Notes: generated by a model not told the origin, from the letters alone. Shown: positions 1 to 42,827, numbered from the stretch's first letter. The stretch is 64,000 nucleotides of DNA from Phoronis australis (GCA_002633005.1 NMRA01000507.1:248001-312000); one strand, 5' to 3'. Numbers and translations are program-made.

Positions 1-189
1 ATTTTTCACATGAACACGCATGGGCTGGGTGCTTATTTTGGCGAAGTGTGGAAACGCGTGAAGGGGGGGCTCTCATAGGGCGAATTTGGTATACAAAAAT
101 TGAAGACAGGAAAAATATCCATAATTTCTCCACTGATTTATTTTTTCATTTGTCTTTGAATTAAAATCAAGCCATGGCATATATGAANG

Positions 190-3100
190 GGGGAAATTTA
201 ACCAGTCAGGGGTTATTTTGACAGGTGACTTTAATTGAAGGGCAGATACACTCAGAGACTACATCCCAGATGACGATATCATGCATATCAGTGTCCTTGT
301 CAAGAGCGACTGTTGTTATGTTCAAAATAATTTTGAAAAACCAAGAAACAACCAATATGCGAAATCTAGTTACTTCTGCAAAGAACTTGCCAAATTTTGC
401 GCAGTATATGGTACGCACATAGTTAACGGTAGATACCCCTCAGACAGAGAAGGAAACTATTCGTTCGTCTCCACGCGAGGATGCACCACTATTGATTATG
501 TTATTGCCGAGGAATCTATGTTCGAATATATTAATGATTTTGAAGTATTAAACTACGACCATTTCCCTATCATGTGTACTCTACGTTATCTAGAACATAC
601 GGAAGCTGATACAGACGGATCGAACACTAGTGTCAGAACGACCCCATTGCACCGACTCAAGTGGCAGCCACACAAATCTTCAAGTTTTAAGGATAGACTG
701 GGCAGCGTTGACACCACCTAGAAATTATCCCAAATATCTTTAGCCATCGATATGGATATTAACAAAGCAGTTCAATTAATAAATGAATTATTCCATGCTT
801 GCGGCGCTGACATGAAAATAAGCAATAAACCAGCAGTGAACAGGCAGCAGCCATGGTGGTTCGACAACGTTTGCGAGCAAAAGAAAATAGAAAAACATAA
901 TTTATTGAAACTTTTCAGATCCACAAAGTGTGTGGATACACTACGTAATTATATTGATACGAAAAGTCAATTTAAGGAAACCTGTCGTGAAAAAATGAAG
1001 AATAAAAACGAACAAATGGAAAAGAACTTATGTGATTCAGTGAGAGATCCAAGAATATTCTGGGCAAACGTGAAGTCAATCATAAATCCGAACAATATTC
1101 AACAAGCGGATATTTCGTCGAACGAATGGTATAACTATTTTGAAAAACTCTTGAACACTGAGCCTGTACGGGAAAACAGGGAATTCCTTAATAATTTGTT
1201 GGACGAAATGCGAGAGCACGACGAAAGCTGCAATGACTGTGCCAACACACCTGGTGATGAAATCCTGGTACAACTTAATAAAGAAATTGACATGTCCGAA
1301 ATCAATCAGGAAATAAATAAACTTAAAAACAACAAATCCCCTGGAGAAGATGGTATTCCAAACGAACTCCTCAAAGCACTGACTGGTGACATCCTTGAAG
1401 TATTATGCAAACTATTCAACAAGGTACTGGCGACAAGAAAATTCCCGGAGAACTGGAGAAAGAGTATAATCGTTCCAATCTACAAGAAAGGAGACAAAAA
1501 TAACCCAAATAATTACAAGGGAATTTCTTTACTTGATAGCATAAGCAAGCTGTTTACATCAATATTAAACAGAAGGCTGATTGAGTGGCCGTATGCAATG
1601 CAACGTATCTCTGAGGAACAAGCCGGACTTAGGGCAGGTTATTCGACCGTGGATAAAAATTTTGTTCTACAAGGTTTGGCCCACAGGAATTTATCAAAAA
1701 GAGGTGGAAAAATGTACTGTGCATTTGTGGACTTTAGCAAGGCGTTTGACAGTCTGGAAACTACACGTCTATTTTATTGTTTGTTAAAAAATAATCTCCA
1801 CGGGAAAATGTTCAATCTCCTGAGGAATATTTATGCTGAAGTGAAATCTTGCGTGAGAATACAGAGTCAAATCACACTCTATTTTGATTGTACGAGAGGT
1901 GTGAAACAAGGGTGTATACTGAGTCCTTGGTTATTCTCTGTTTTTGTAAGCGGACTGGTGCCAGAGGTCAAAGAAAATGGAGGACGAGGTATCAAGTGTG
2001 ATGATTGTGAATTAAGTTCGTTATTGTTTGCGGACGATTTGGTGCTTGTGGCGGACACAGTGCCTGGTCTACAGAGGAAATTAAATGTATTGCACAACTA
2101 CTGTGTGGATTGGAGTCTTTGTGTTAATCTTGACAAAACAAATATTGTTGTCTTCAAGCGAGGTGGGACTCTGTCGGCACAAGAAAGGTGGTTCTACAAT
2201 AAGAAATCGGTAAAAACGAAATCTTATTACAAGTATCTTGGTGTGACATTTTCTTGCAGATTAAAATGGAATGAAAATTGTAGAATATCAGCTTTACAAG
2301 CCAGAAAAGCAATGAACATGTTAAAAGCATGTTTAACCAAAGTGAAGTGTAGATCCCCGAATGTATGTTTTAAATTGTTTGATAGTATGGTAGTTCCTAT
2401 ATTGTTATATGGTGCGGAGATATGGGGTACAGTATATTCGAAAGACATAGACAGTGTTCACAATGAATTTGGTAAATGGGTTGTAACGTTATGGCCAGAG
2501 GAGAATGTGGCAGGCATTTATTATCTGTGAAATACTTGTGCAGACCAATAATCTACTGGACCAAAATTCAACAGATGAATAACCCCGATACCCAAAGAAA
2601 AGTTACAGGATGCTACGGGAAGACTGTGAAAAAGGACGAGCAAATTGGGCCAGTGCAGTTAAAGATATTTTATCCAGATACAGGTTCGGGGAGGTATGGA
2701 TAAGTGGACCGGGTAACATTGATTTATTTATATCAGAATTTAAGCAAAGATTGTTAGATTGTGCTGCCCAAGAATGGAGGACATCAGTGCAGAGCTCTAG
2801 CAAGTGCTCATTTTACTCTATTATCAAAACAGATTTATCTTGTGAAGACTATCTTTACAGTCTACCACCAACTCTACGTAGAATGCTAGCCAAATTCAGG
2901 TGCTCTGGACACCAACTGAAAATAGAAACTGGTAGGCACCATGGCATTCCAAAGGAAGACAGAATTTGCGAAATTACAACCGTTCAGAAATTGAAGACGA
3001 AATACACTGTCTTATTACTTAACTGCCCCGTACTTAACGACATTAGAATGAATTTTAACCAGAAATATCCCGACAGCATACTGACATCGAAAACGTCAAA

Positions 3101-3303
3101 TACTTATTCAAAACAATTTCTGGAAATCTTTTGAAAAGACTATCCTTATTTGTATTAAAGGATTATGGTATTAGACAGGAACCTCTAACATTGTAACGTG
3201 TAATGTATTGAATACCCGGACATGAAATTGCCACCTATACCAAATGTTGCAATGTAATATGTACAAATGAGCTTAGCTCCAACTGCAATAAACAACCTCT
3301 CTC
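190..3303 (+). mobile_element. Non-LTR retrotransposon (LINE) ORF2 region, mildly degraded; clade uncertain (RTE-X or L2/CR1-group-like)
   Basis: APE endonuclease motifs GDFN (~225), TIDY and DHFP in ORF 281-721. RT motifs KSPGEDG, FVDFSKAFDS, GVKQGCILSP, LFADD and YKYLG in ORF 752-2530. C-terminal FRCSGHQLKIETGR in ORF 2610-3134. AATAAA at ~3287 followed by a short (CT)n tail. Confidence 0.93.
752..2530 (+). pseudogene. LINE reverse transcriptase (main ORF2 segment; stop at 719-721 upstream, frameshifts near 2500-2600)
   Basis: 592-aa ORF with the complete RT motif set; reading frame broken on both sides. Confidence 0.9.
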
Positions 3304-4277
3304 TGCATTATGAGAGTGACTGGTTGAAAGAAATGTGGATCGCGTAATTTGGAAGTGGTCCTTTGGAACCAAGGACATTTGGGCTAGCAACGCCGAAACT
3401 GACGAGGGGGAATTGGTTTGGGATTCAAGGATATTGAATCGAAAGAAATCTGGTGTTAAAACCCATCTGTGGCTAAAAGTAATAAATACGTGAAGTAATA
3501 TTTTTCCAAAACAATTGGCGACGAACGAGAAGGAGTTTAATAAGCGTAAAACTGTTTAGTTGGGAAAAACGTACGAGTCAATATATTGTTGCTTGAAGCA
3601 AGGACAACCGGAAGTTGGAGAGAATGAACAACCAGCACTTCCATTGGGCTAGATACGAACAAAATAAAAGTTGGATAAGAAGCCTGAAGGACTGTAGAAT
3701 ACTATCTGCCTAAATAATGGGATTTATGTTAGATGAATTTTCATGCAACTACGTCGATGCCTCCATCTTGTGACTAACCTAAGTCGGCAACGTGACACAC
3801 CGGGAAGTAAACTGTCCTAACACGTACATGAATTGAATTTCCGAAAGGGTTTTCACACGTTCCTCAAGTTCACATATCCATGCATTAATTGCGTGACATT
3901 TACACACAGTAGTTCCATTTGAAGATAAGTATTGTGTTGTGCTACTCATCGATTGATTAGTTTCTCGATGTTAAAGATGAGAGTGCAGAAACTCTTCAAT
4001 GGGAAAACATCATGATTAATCTGATCTCTATCAGGAAGTAATCTGTAATAATGTTGTGATTGTTACGATGGCAATGGAGCACTTTAACGTGTTCAATATC
4101 AGCTCTATCGGTGAAACTGTTTACATAAAGAGACCAATGAGCACATAGCTTTGACGTGTCCATCAAAGAAGAGCAACGCACCCGGGGACAGCAGATTTTA
4201 TTGTGTATTCTGCCATCAAACAGTTAAGTTTACTAACTTAATGTTCTAACAACCGATGCGCAACCCCATCTGCACGA

Positions 4278-4643
4278 ATGATGGTTCTTGGAAGCATCGT
4301 TTTAGCTTTTCTAGGCACTATAATTTTCCGTGTAGCCTCCGAACCTCTACCACTATTCGGTAATATAGTGAACTTGTGCCCGGCAGCGAAGACCTATGAG
4401 GCGCACGTCACGTCGGTATCGAACACATTTGTGCAGAACTTTTATAGTTTGAAATGGGCTAGAAGCGACATTGAATGCACCGTAATTTGCAAACGAGACT
4501 CAGAAAACTGTGTATCTGCTTTGTGGGACAATGCAGGCGGCACGTGTTATCTGTCCCGCTGTAATCTGAACTCCCAACGCCAGGCTCTTTCGGAAGCCTC
4601 GAACACTGAAGGTAGAAAACTGATATCACTGGAACACAAGATG
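4278..4643 (+). CDS. Probable first coding exon: signal peptide plus PAN/apple-like domain
   Basis: Hydrophobic N-terminus MMVLGSIVLAFLGTIIFRVAS; PAN-like Cys pattern SDIECTVICKRDSENCVSALWDNAGGTCYL; strong donor ATG|GTAAGT at 4644 (phase 0). Confidence 0.75.
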
Positions 4644-6539
4644 GTAAGTCGATTTTGATCTTCAGAGTCCCGCTAAGAATCGCATGTACAGTCATGCTAG
4701 AGGTCTGCAGAAACGTTATTTTGTGAATTTTCATTGCCATGAGGTCAACAAGATTGGACCTGGGAAAACTCTTCAACCAGCGTACATTTATTTGGTGCAT
4801 ATTCTCGTCCTATGGCCCCCCTACCGATTACGATTTTCATTGACAGGCAAATCACTCAGTTATGCCTCGGACCTGCTAGATTTTTTTCTTTAGAGAAACG
4901 TCTATATTCTATAATTGACCATGCAAATCTCTCAATACCTTACCACGCCAAAAACACTGTGATTTTTCTGAAATATTATTTTGCTTCGTGTTATGTAATT
5001 TTTGCTGTGATTTTTTATTAAAGTTATACAATTCTATTTTATAGCCCCTCAGGCGAAAGGGCATTAAACAATCATAAAAGCCTTTTTGAGAAAAGCGCAT
5101 AAAGCACTGTGTGTAAACGTTAGTATTAATCCAAGCTGCAGCATGATGTTCGAGCTGTTTCTAGGGAGATGGTTGTAGTGAAGTAGGCTGTACAGATAAA
5201 AATACTACAAAGATTCACCCGCCCATTCGTTATCTTGTTAACGCTTTCAACCTTCATGGTTTGGGGGTCATTTTCAAACTGAAGTATGTCCCGTACCTGG
5301 ACGTGTTACGCCACCATAGAAGTAGATTGAGTTACAAATTTGATTCCTCCAAAGAATGGCGTTTCATGCTGTGTCCAGTTAATATTGTTCATGTCTCTGT
5401 TCAGCTCGAATTACCAATCATTTTGATACAGATACATTTTCGTATCCGCCGAATAAAACTGATGTTGTTGTTCATGATAAAACCATTTTCACAACCGACT
5501 GTTTGGTAATTGCTGAGTCCCACAAGAAGTTTCTATACGTCATCCGTTGAACACGGTTGAAGTGTTTGTTACTTTCCTGCCCTACCTCCTTGCCGTGTTC
5601 CGCAATGCTAAATGTTTTATCGGTTTACCGATGAACGCACTCCTTTGATCGAAATGAATTTGTTTGTTAGGTAACAGGTGATAACAGCGAAGAATGCATT
5701 GCCAAGAACTGTTCAGCGGGACCCGCTTATTGTCGTAAAGAGTGTGATAACAACACTGCCACGTGTCTCGGTAAGTTCACCCATACTCTTCCACTGTCTC
5801 TAGGTAAAGAGATGTCATGCCATCTTGCGTTTAGGCACGAGCCAACCAGGCATTTCTGATAAAGTAACCCTTCTGTCACACCAAAATGGAAGCAGTCATG
5901 CATCATAAAGGTAAGGACACTATTGCATCCGCGAAGATTATTTGTTAAAAGGATACTAGGCCATGTTTTGATGATTTCCATCAATCTCATTTTGCAATAT
6001 GCTAAAGCATCATTGGTGTCAATCTGTCAAACTAAACGCAAGAATCGATAAAAAACTCATACTTTTTATTTCAGAGTTTGGACACTAGGTCCCTTCTGGA
6101 TGTTCTATTCCTACAGTTGTCGTGTAATTCTCTAAAAGCGTTTGTTACGCTTGCTGCTTTAGCAGACTTTAAAAGGGGTTTTCAAAATTTCCTCGAAACT
6201 TTTGAGAGTTGTCTAGGCTTACGGAACATAATTTTGTTTCAAAAAACTTGGTGCGAAAGTCGTTTTTAGTTTTTGTTAATAGGCCTGATTTCCTTTTAAG
6301 CGTTTTAAAACGCCACCACTTTCGTATTTCCTCCATGTGAGCACACTGTTAAAACCCTAAAACATTACTTTGCCTAATAACAGTTCCTAATTTTCAAACG
6401 AAACATACTTGGACTTTCAGGTGACATAGCAACGAGCGTAAGAAAAACAAGCTATTTTGCATCCACGTATCTAACCTGTACCTTTTCTAAATTTTTCTTA
6501 ATAAAAGTCACGTGGACATAATCAGAAATGTGTTTTGTT

Positions 6540-7930
6540 CAACATTGAAGTTACAAAATAGAATGATTAAAAATTTTGCTTGTTACTGTACTTCCTTATG
6601 AAGAAGGAGGGTTAAAATATCTTAATTTGGAAATAATTAGAAATATTCTCATGTTCAATTGGATCAAACGCTTATATCCAAAAGAAAACAGTAGTTAGAG
6701 ATTATATCCCAAATCTGTAATTGCTAAGTTGAGCGATGTTGAATTTTTTTTTCAAATTTTCGCTGAAGAAATTTGAAAAGTAATAGAAAACAAATCATTT
6801 TTTGTCGGGAACTGTTTGAAGTGGGACTTTTATTTTGTGAAGATTTTCAAGATAGTGAAAATAAATTTTTGGTTGGCAATTTATTAAAAAAGTATTTTGG
6901 TTGGCAATTTATTAAAAAAGTACAATCTGAAGAATTTCTGCGTATTGTCGCACAGTGCGGTGATTAATGCAATGAAGAAACACATGGCGATCTATAATAA
7001 AGTTATATTGGCAGTAACAACTTTCATTTAATAAATTATGACAATTGTAACAATGTTAACACAACTCCAATTTGCATACATGTGCACAAAACCCCGATAA
7101 TTATGTACAATTAAGTGATTATTACACGGAAAAAGAAATAAAAGAACTATATTATTATCATTATAGACCCTTCACCCTTCCCATTCATCCAGAATTAAAG
7201 AATTCTAGATAACTCTTTCAGACATAAAAGAATATTTATATGACTTTAGATAAGATTGGAGTTGTTTAAACTGATAAGTGTCTATATTGTGAGCAGACAC
7301 GGACATTCCAGTCTTCATATCTGGGATAGTATACATTTTTTTCAGAACCCCAAATCAGATCACAAATTAGTTTGCAACACCATTTATACATTCGCATTTT
7401 CTTCATCTACTGGACAACACAGGTGGAAAAGTTTCCATTTTTAATAATTTCAAACTGAAGTTACACGTGTTTATAAGCACTATTCTAACAGATAACACGG
7501 AGAAAAATCTAGACAAATGGAGAGGTCTGCAAGCATGTCTTTAGTTATTTTCCTGGAAATGTACTGAAATCAACCGTTTTTATTTTTTAAGTTATATTGA
7601 CATTTAAACTCTTAGTACAGAGATGTAACACAATGTTATGAATTGGATAATGATTTTCGTATCGATTTATTTTTATATGTGTTTGAGTATATACCAGTCC
7701 ATTGTATATAAGCCTCTTTATCATTTAAGCTCGTTCATCGTGTACAAACGGCGTGAATGTGAGTATGAAAGGTGCACGAAAGATTGTCCCCTTTACCCTT
7801 TTCTCTGTTAATTTACATTTATAGCAACTTATGTGTTGAATACTTATTGTTTTGTGAAGGCTAGATCCGAGGCTTCCAGCCTCAGACTAGCCTTTATTTT
7901 TTGGGCAATTAATCTATTTAAAAAAAAGAA
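6540..7930 (+). mobile_element. Very old L1/Tx1-like LINE 3' remnant
   Basis: LPYEEGGLKYLNL (~6590), remnants of the C-terminal cysteine-rich region near 7280-7330, A-rich end near 7920; boundaries approximate. Confidence 0.45.
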
Positions 7931-9296
7931 TAAACGAGTTCAGCAATCCCAAAATTGTGAAACGTAAATAGGCAGTATCTTGGCAAAACACATCATATTT
8001 TCAAGCTGTCCTGTATACAGTAGTCCTTGACGTACGAAACGAGTCTATATATCATTGGCACATAACAGTGCATGCTTTAAATTATGGAGGGCATCAACTC
8101 TGATCATGGTTTTATTTAAGTGAATTGGCTATGGGTGCATGCGCTTCATTCCGTATAAATGCAGCACCTGTCGTTCCGAAGTTAGCGATTAACATCTTTC
8201 TAGTGGTTCTTCAAAATGCCGCCATTTCTGCAAAATTAAATATCTTTTCATTTCCTTAGCATAGTTAGGCGTTCAGGTGCATTTTTCTCAGAGCTTTTGT
8301 CGGAAATCAACGTAAGTGGCTCCTTGTCTGCGCTTAGATATATTAATATGGTTCATGCATATGAGTTTCCAATCCAAGTCCCCACTTAATGACTCTTTTC
8401 GATTAACCAGTCGAGATTTCGAGTACAAACTCGAAATTTCAGGTTAAGACTCGAACTTTTAACTTCAGTACTGCCGGTCCGGTAGTACAAGTAACAGAAG
8501 GCTATTTGTCTGTTAAATCGTTGATGTCAAATTTGTTATTTCACGTGAAATAAACACACACTTCATGTGTTCATTTTTTTCGCATTTCCGCAACAGATGC
8601 TGCCGCTTAGCCTTCTGAAGATTCGTGTAAATGGGCGTCTTAAAAATAGTTCACTCGTTATTTATGATAAATGTATTATACAGCGCACGCGGTGATATAT
8701 CTCGATAAATGATATGCAAGTCGATTTAAACTCAGGCTTCGTCCTCCTTTAAAGCGGCTTGTACATCACGTATCTTGATCTAATAACCCACAGTTATCAT
8801 TACGTAGGTTAGATACCATATGTGTACCGTCAATGAAAAACGTTAAAACCGTCCTGGCACAATTAATATTCTCATTCCTTACACTAGGTGGCGAATTCTG
8901 CCCAACTTTGACACTTCTTTCATCGGAGTTGCATGTCTTTGGTGTCATTTTTTCAAAAATAAACATGCAAATTATTTTACTTCTAGATGGCGGAAAGATA
9001 ATTCAGTACGAAATATGACACATGCGTCAAGTTCAGTGTCATTCTAAATATCCTATATTGAAACGACCAGAATCTGCGGTCAATCAAGGTCAGAAAGAGG
9101 TCGCTGTACGCCAAAGTGACTTGAAAAGGCGTTTTGAGCTGTTTTACAGCAACCCTGTGTCTTGGCAATAATTGAAATAGCTTATAATATGCTTATCCAT
9201 TATATCTGTTTTGAGTCACACGAACATAAAATGCATAAACAGCCGTGATAGTTAGTAAAATTTATCTATGCTCCACCGTGTACATTTTTGTTGCAG

Positions 9297-37122
<27,826 letters not shown>

Positions 37123-40100
37123 AATGTCAAAGAAGCGTATTACACATTTTGGAGTTATTTGATGGACAGTTTTGTGTTGAATGTGAAGCTGTAGCATATA
37201 TATATCAGAAAATATGTAAGACTTTTACAAAGTGAAACCCTGTTTCAACTTGTTAAAGTTCTATGTCTCATGACTCTGGTGGTCGAGGAATGTTTCTAAC
37301 GGAATAGAGACAAAAAATTGTCCATTACCCTTACCTTATTCAAAAGATTAGCGAATGTTTGAAAACTATGGTACATGCAAAAATGCAGCTGTAATTGACA
37401 AGCGTCACGATTCATGGGTGAACGACTGCCCGCCTCAAACCACAGAGTCTACTTTGTGACCTTCATGAGGACTGTGTGTTTTATTAAATGTTGTCATCTC
37501 TCTGGGCATGTAACCTTATAAGTCGTGCGTGTTGCAAATAATTTGCTTGGTATATCCAAAACAGGATGGCTACCATTAAAAGCGGTTATAAACCAAACTT
37601 CCCATTTCTGCCCACAAGAAAACACTTCGTCTGTACTCTTTTGCATATGACACATCGCCTTGACCAAAAACGTGAGAAATGGGTGATAGGTGAGACCTTG
37701 CGAGACGTTTGTGAATCAGAGGCATTATAGGAAATTCGTACATGGTACTCAATTTCCTTAAGCATACCTCATACAATTACCGTAGATGGACAGAGGTGTT
37801 ACGAAAAACAGTAATTTATGCGAAAAATCCCAGTTACGGAGCTTTCAAAGTATAGTGCGGACCACGCGATGTTACATTGATGGCCTAATAAGAGAGGGAG
37901 AAAGCTCTCTAAAAGCGTAGGAATTCTTGGTTATGGGCCTGGATATTTTAGTCGTGGCCCTCATGTTTTAAAGCACATGCTCGAACCAAGCAAGTTCATG
38001 ATTTTGGCGTCCTCCGTTCTTTTTTAGCGCTCAGTTTTGTCCAAAAAGAATACTTGTCAGTGTCAAAAATACACGACTCCGTGGTTTCTTTTACCCTTTT
38101 GAATATTTTGGTGGAGTAAACAAACCAATTCACGTGCCTTTTCCATGTAAATGGATGCAAGAGCAAGGACAGTTAAAACCAATATTTTTCGAAAGATATC
38201 GACTAGACTGTCAAATGTTTGCAATTATGCCAATCCCGGCGTATGATTCCATATGTACTTTTGTTCCGTTGTAATAAATAATGTGCACTATCCACAACTG
38301 TCATGATTTTCATGTAGTACTGTTATCCACTTTGGTTTTCAATGAACATTTAATTTATTGATGTATAGATTCCATTCTAACAACTTGTAACTATGGACGT
38401 GTTAGCTGTTGATATGCATTTGTCTTTTATAAGCCCCAAACACTAGTGGTATGTTACCTGTTATTGTGAAGGTGTCCATTCCAACAACCTGCATGCTATT
38501 TACACGTTAGCTATTGATATACAAATATCCATTCTATTGGCCCATTAGCTAGTGATTGATATGCAGATATCTGTTTTGGCAACATAACTAAGAACATCGT
38601 CTTGGGGGCCTTTTTGAGAGAAACAGGTTATAATGAGCTGTTATGTACATGTACGTGTCTGTCATTGTGCGAAGCCTGGACATTAATACGGCGTATTCGT
38701 TTCTCTATACCCAGAACCCGTGACAAATAGCGCCCAGGGTATGGTCAGTTATTGCTACTAAATTAAATGAGAAAATCTTATAAGTTACACCCTGTCGATT
38801 TCCTGGACTTAGTCAACCCCTAACTTTTCCGGCGCCTCTGGCGCACCTATCGTTTTTATCGTGACAAGCAGAAAGGCTTCCGATAGAGTGAAGCCACGGG
38901 TAACACTGACACTTAAATTCATAGGGCGTTACCGTGTGCCACTATTATCACGTTTTCTTCCGTAGATGGCTGGATGCAGGCCGTCACTTAACCGTTACCG
39001 CAAAGCGTTCTACACACAGTACGAATGACTGATTTTGACCTTATCATTAGCCTTAGTCAACCAAAGCCCTTGTTTGCACATGAGTCGCTGACAACTGAAA
39101 AACGCCATAATTGGCAGAATTATACACTAAGGGATTTCTCAAAAGTGGAGATTTTTAATAAAGCCATGTCTTTTATCCGTGCTACATTCACAGTGAAAAA
39201 CGAATTACAAAAAAGTCGGATGTTGGCATATTCTTACCCAAGATCACAAATTCACGACTGCCACAATGCAAAAAAGATCATCACCTGAATGCTCTTTTAC
39301 TCTAGATTCCAGAAAATTAGGTTGAAATATGTCAATACCAACCAGATTTCTGACAATTTCCACTTGTCAGAAGGGTACCTGGATTCGCGCCAGTCGCACC
39401 AAGAATTCAACACTCAACAAGTATGTGCTGTTAAAGTGCCGTACCTTTGTAGACAAGAGAAGAGGCCAAATTTTTAGATTCAGTTCACTCAAAACAACTT
39501 CAAGGGCTCCTGAATACCATTCGTGGCAATCACTTCCCATTTAATCCACAAAACTGCCGCCAAACCCCACCCACCTCATTTTCTTCATTTTGGGGGAACT
39601 ACAAAAGCCTCTACTGTGGTCTTAGACATTACGCGATTGTTACAAATGACTTACATGTACCATGGGTGTTTCACGTATGACATGGCAAAGTGTCTGAACT
39701 ATCTGTTATAGGGTATGATGTATTCATTGTGGTGGCTATGTGTTAATAAAAGCTATATGTGTAGTTCCAATAGTAGACCAGTTTTACATACAAGTTAGCG
39801 TGAAGGTAAACTGCTTCATTTTTGGAGTGCTGCAAGGTGATTTCGGTGACAATTTTTGTTATTGTTTGTTATTATTTTCGGTGTTGTATTTTCATAGTCT
39901 GGCATTGAGTTATGTTCATGCAAACCAAAATGCTGTTTAACTTGTAATTTATCCCATACGTGTTGAACAAGTCGAGTGCAATACGGCCATGTGATATTGT
40001 TTCCCGTATGGCCTTCCCGAGATTACTACAAAAGTGAGCTTTGATATGAAAAGGTGGGTCAATGTAGACTTGACGTCGTTAGCCGGTTCGATCATCAAAC

Positions 40101-40479
40101 TTTCCCAAGATAGGTTAAAGTATTAGAATTGTAACAACATTATTAGCACTCAATAATGAGGTCCCAAACGTAACATCTGGTACAAAACTGTTAATTATGT
40201 CTCAGTCTTACTTGCTAAATATTATATCGTCTGCAACTCAGGCGCCGATTCCTCGGTAAGTACAATATTAAATATAGCTATTTGATTATTTTCAAGAAGT
40301 GTTACAATTTCAATGCTTCACCGTTGCTTTCATCTTTGTTGTACCTTTTCAAGTAATAAATGGTTCTATTTAAAACTGTTTCTTTTACTAGAGAAAACTG
40401 GTAACCAAGCGCGCAAGTACATACGCATATGATGTGATCCACTACTTGAACAGTCTGAATGAAGTATTTAAAAATCTGC

Positions 40480-41030
40480 TGAAAAATGAAAGAAACTTTG
40501 GAACTTGAAGCGTATGGGATAAATACAAAACGTACCTCGATTGGCGTAGATAAAGTAATGTCCCACGTATCGGCCTCGACCTTCGGTCTTGTGGGATATT
40601 ACTTCATTTACAGCACTCTTGGTACGTTTTGTGCATGTCTTCGTGAAGAATTTGGTGGAATAGACTATCGCTAGCGGTGTTAAATATTGATATACAGATC
40701 CATTCTGACAAACTGAACACTATTGATAAAACAGATTGGCATCTCTTCTGGCACCTGAGTGCAAACCTCGTGTTGGGTGCAGTCGTTAGAGTGATTTTGC
40801 GATCGGTGGTTGTGTGGTTGAAGGTCTGTGTGTAAAGTTCCAATATTCCAAATAACTCCAGTCCTGGCCTGGTTTGTGTTTACTCTGAACCCGTGTCTAT
40901 AGTAATGGATATTATCAGTCATCCATCGGTGAAATAGATAAAGAGAAAATTAGAAATCTTTACTGGATTTACTTGAAAAAATTAAGTAACGTTTCGTCCA
41001 CCACGGTGACTTAACATACTTCTGCAACAT
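40480..41030 (-). mobile_element. Possible Penelope-like element remnant
   Basis: GTLHTDL / TDRK and FALR fragments resembling the PLE RT C-terminal region; degenerate GTC-loop-GAC-GAAAC at ~40988-41015. Confidence 0.35.
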
Positions 41031-41160
41031 CTGTTGGTCTGTGTTAATCTTGACATAAACGGCGAGAGACTTTGAATGAAACCGCGTCCCAGGTTTGTGA
41101 TAGGTTGATTTCCTTTGTTCCTCTTCAATTTAAGCTAGGATGGGTGCTTGATGCATTGTT

Positions 41161-41899
41161 CTAAAACCCCTCGACCCACGACCCCCTTGACCCACGACAT
41201 ACAACCTCCTCGACCCAGTCTAGACACAAGCTCGACTCGATCTGAACATAGAACAAGCGTTGACTTGCAGGACCAGTACGTTGGGCCGTGAGCTTGACTG
41301 GCTTTTCCCTGTTTTTGCAATTAAGATAGTTGATTGGGCAAGTTTGAAAGCCAAACACAAAAACCCAACCAAATCAAACTAAAGAACTAATAACGTTAAA
41401 AATGTCTTTCCGGCAGAGTCTCGTCTACTCTTCAGTGAATGATAGATTCAACTTTTTTTGCAGAGACTGCGAGGAACCGAAAAAACTATAATTTCAACAG
41501 TAAATACAGTTTGAAAAAGCAAACTTCATTAAAAAGTATTTCAACGTTATGTGTTGTATATTGTAAACGAGTGTACAACAGAAAGCAAATATTAAAATAT
41601 GAAAATAACCTACTCTCCCCTTAAGTTTTGTAGAACTGGGCCCTTGGTAGCCGCTCGTAGAACAATATTCGTGACGACGATTGCGCGCTCACAATGTGCT
41701 ATTTCAAATGACGTTCTCACGCCACTTTCTGTTATTAAATCACTAAGTTTGAGCCAGAGCAGACTCGCGTGTAGGTATGGGAAAGTCACTCAATGACGTA
41801 GGAAGATTATGAAATATGTAAAAAACGCAAAAATATCTCCATTGCCACAGGTCGTGGGTCGAGGGGGTCGTGGGGTTTTGGGGTCGAGGGGTTTTTATA
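41161..41899. mobile_element. MITE with repetitive TIRs
   Basis: TAAAACCCCTCGACCCACGACCCCC at the left end, reverse-complement array at 41850-41899. Confidence 0.7.
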
Positions 41900-42522
41900 A
41901 CAATCCGTGCTCGACTCTTTTATGGTGTTGTCCTCCAAGCACAGAAATGACATTTATGAAACTGAAAACTGTTTTACTCCCGAAGACAAAATCTCTTCTG
42001 ACTGAAGAGCACAAGTCAACCAAGAAGATCAGCACAAGTCATTAGAGTCATTTCTGGTGCAACTCTTGATCTCAATAAGACTGAAATTTGTGCCACGACA
42101 TGGGTACACACACCATGTAACGATAAAGACCGATGGCCAAGTGAATTTTGTAGGCATACGTAGAACAAAAACCCCGAAATTGAGATTTGCCATGGGCCCA
42201 TCCTATAGTTCATCCGCCTTTAACGGGTACATGTGTACAAAGTGCAATTGATGACACGTTCCTGTGTATGCATTTAGGTTTTGGTCTCAAAATGCGTAAT
42301 CAAAAAGTGGGGACCTAGCGTTGGCCGGGGAAAGTTCTATGTTATCCTTAGTGCTTTTTGTTTTTTGTGTAAAGTTACAGACAACTTAAAGTGTTTGGAG
42401 CAAATGCAAAACATCAATTTGCGCTGACATAACTCATACGAAACCTGCATTTGCAAACAAAACAATTTTTAAAGACAGCTGCGAAATCTATCGTGATAAG
42501 TCCATTCACGAGATACAGAAAA

Positions 42523-42647
42523 TTAACCAACTGGTGGACTGCCATTTGATAGACTGCAACAATTGAACGGAACATCGTTGAGTTCTGTATCGTCTCCGTT
42601 TCCTTAGTGTTCTCCAGTGCGCGTCTGGGTATCACCTATGGCCGCCC
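42523..42647 (-). pseudogene. Decayed duplicate of the VMO1-like terminal exon
   Basis: Aligns ungapped to 56962-57086 with 22/125 differences, CAA>TAA at 42604-42606 and loss of the AIC cysteine. Confidence 0.88.
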
Positions 42648-42827
42648 CTAAAACACATAACGGAATTGTTGATGAATAAGATTTTCTTTGGTATGTGGAG
42701 CTTGGCTGGACAAGTAGTTGCAAACTGATTTATGGAAATACAAGTTTTGATTTATCGTAAAACATGGTCTTGCTTTGTTCCTTACTCTGTTCAGAAGTCA
42801 TCTCTGAACTTGGAAGAACTGAAGATT

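Noticed and set aside
6866-6922. 28-bp tandem duplication
   Set aside because: Ordinary slippage duplication inside a LINE remnant
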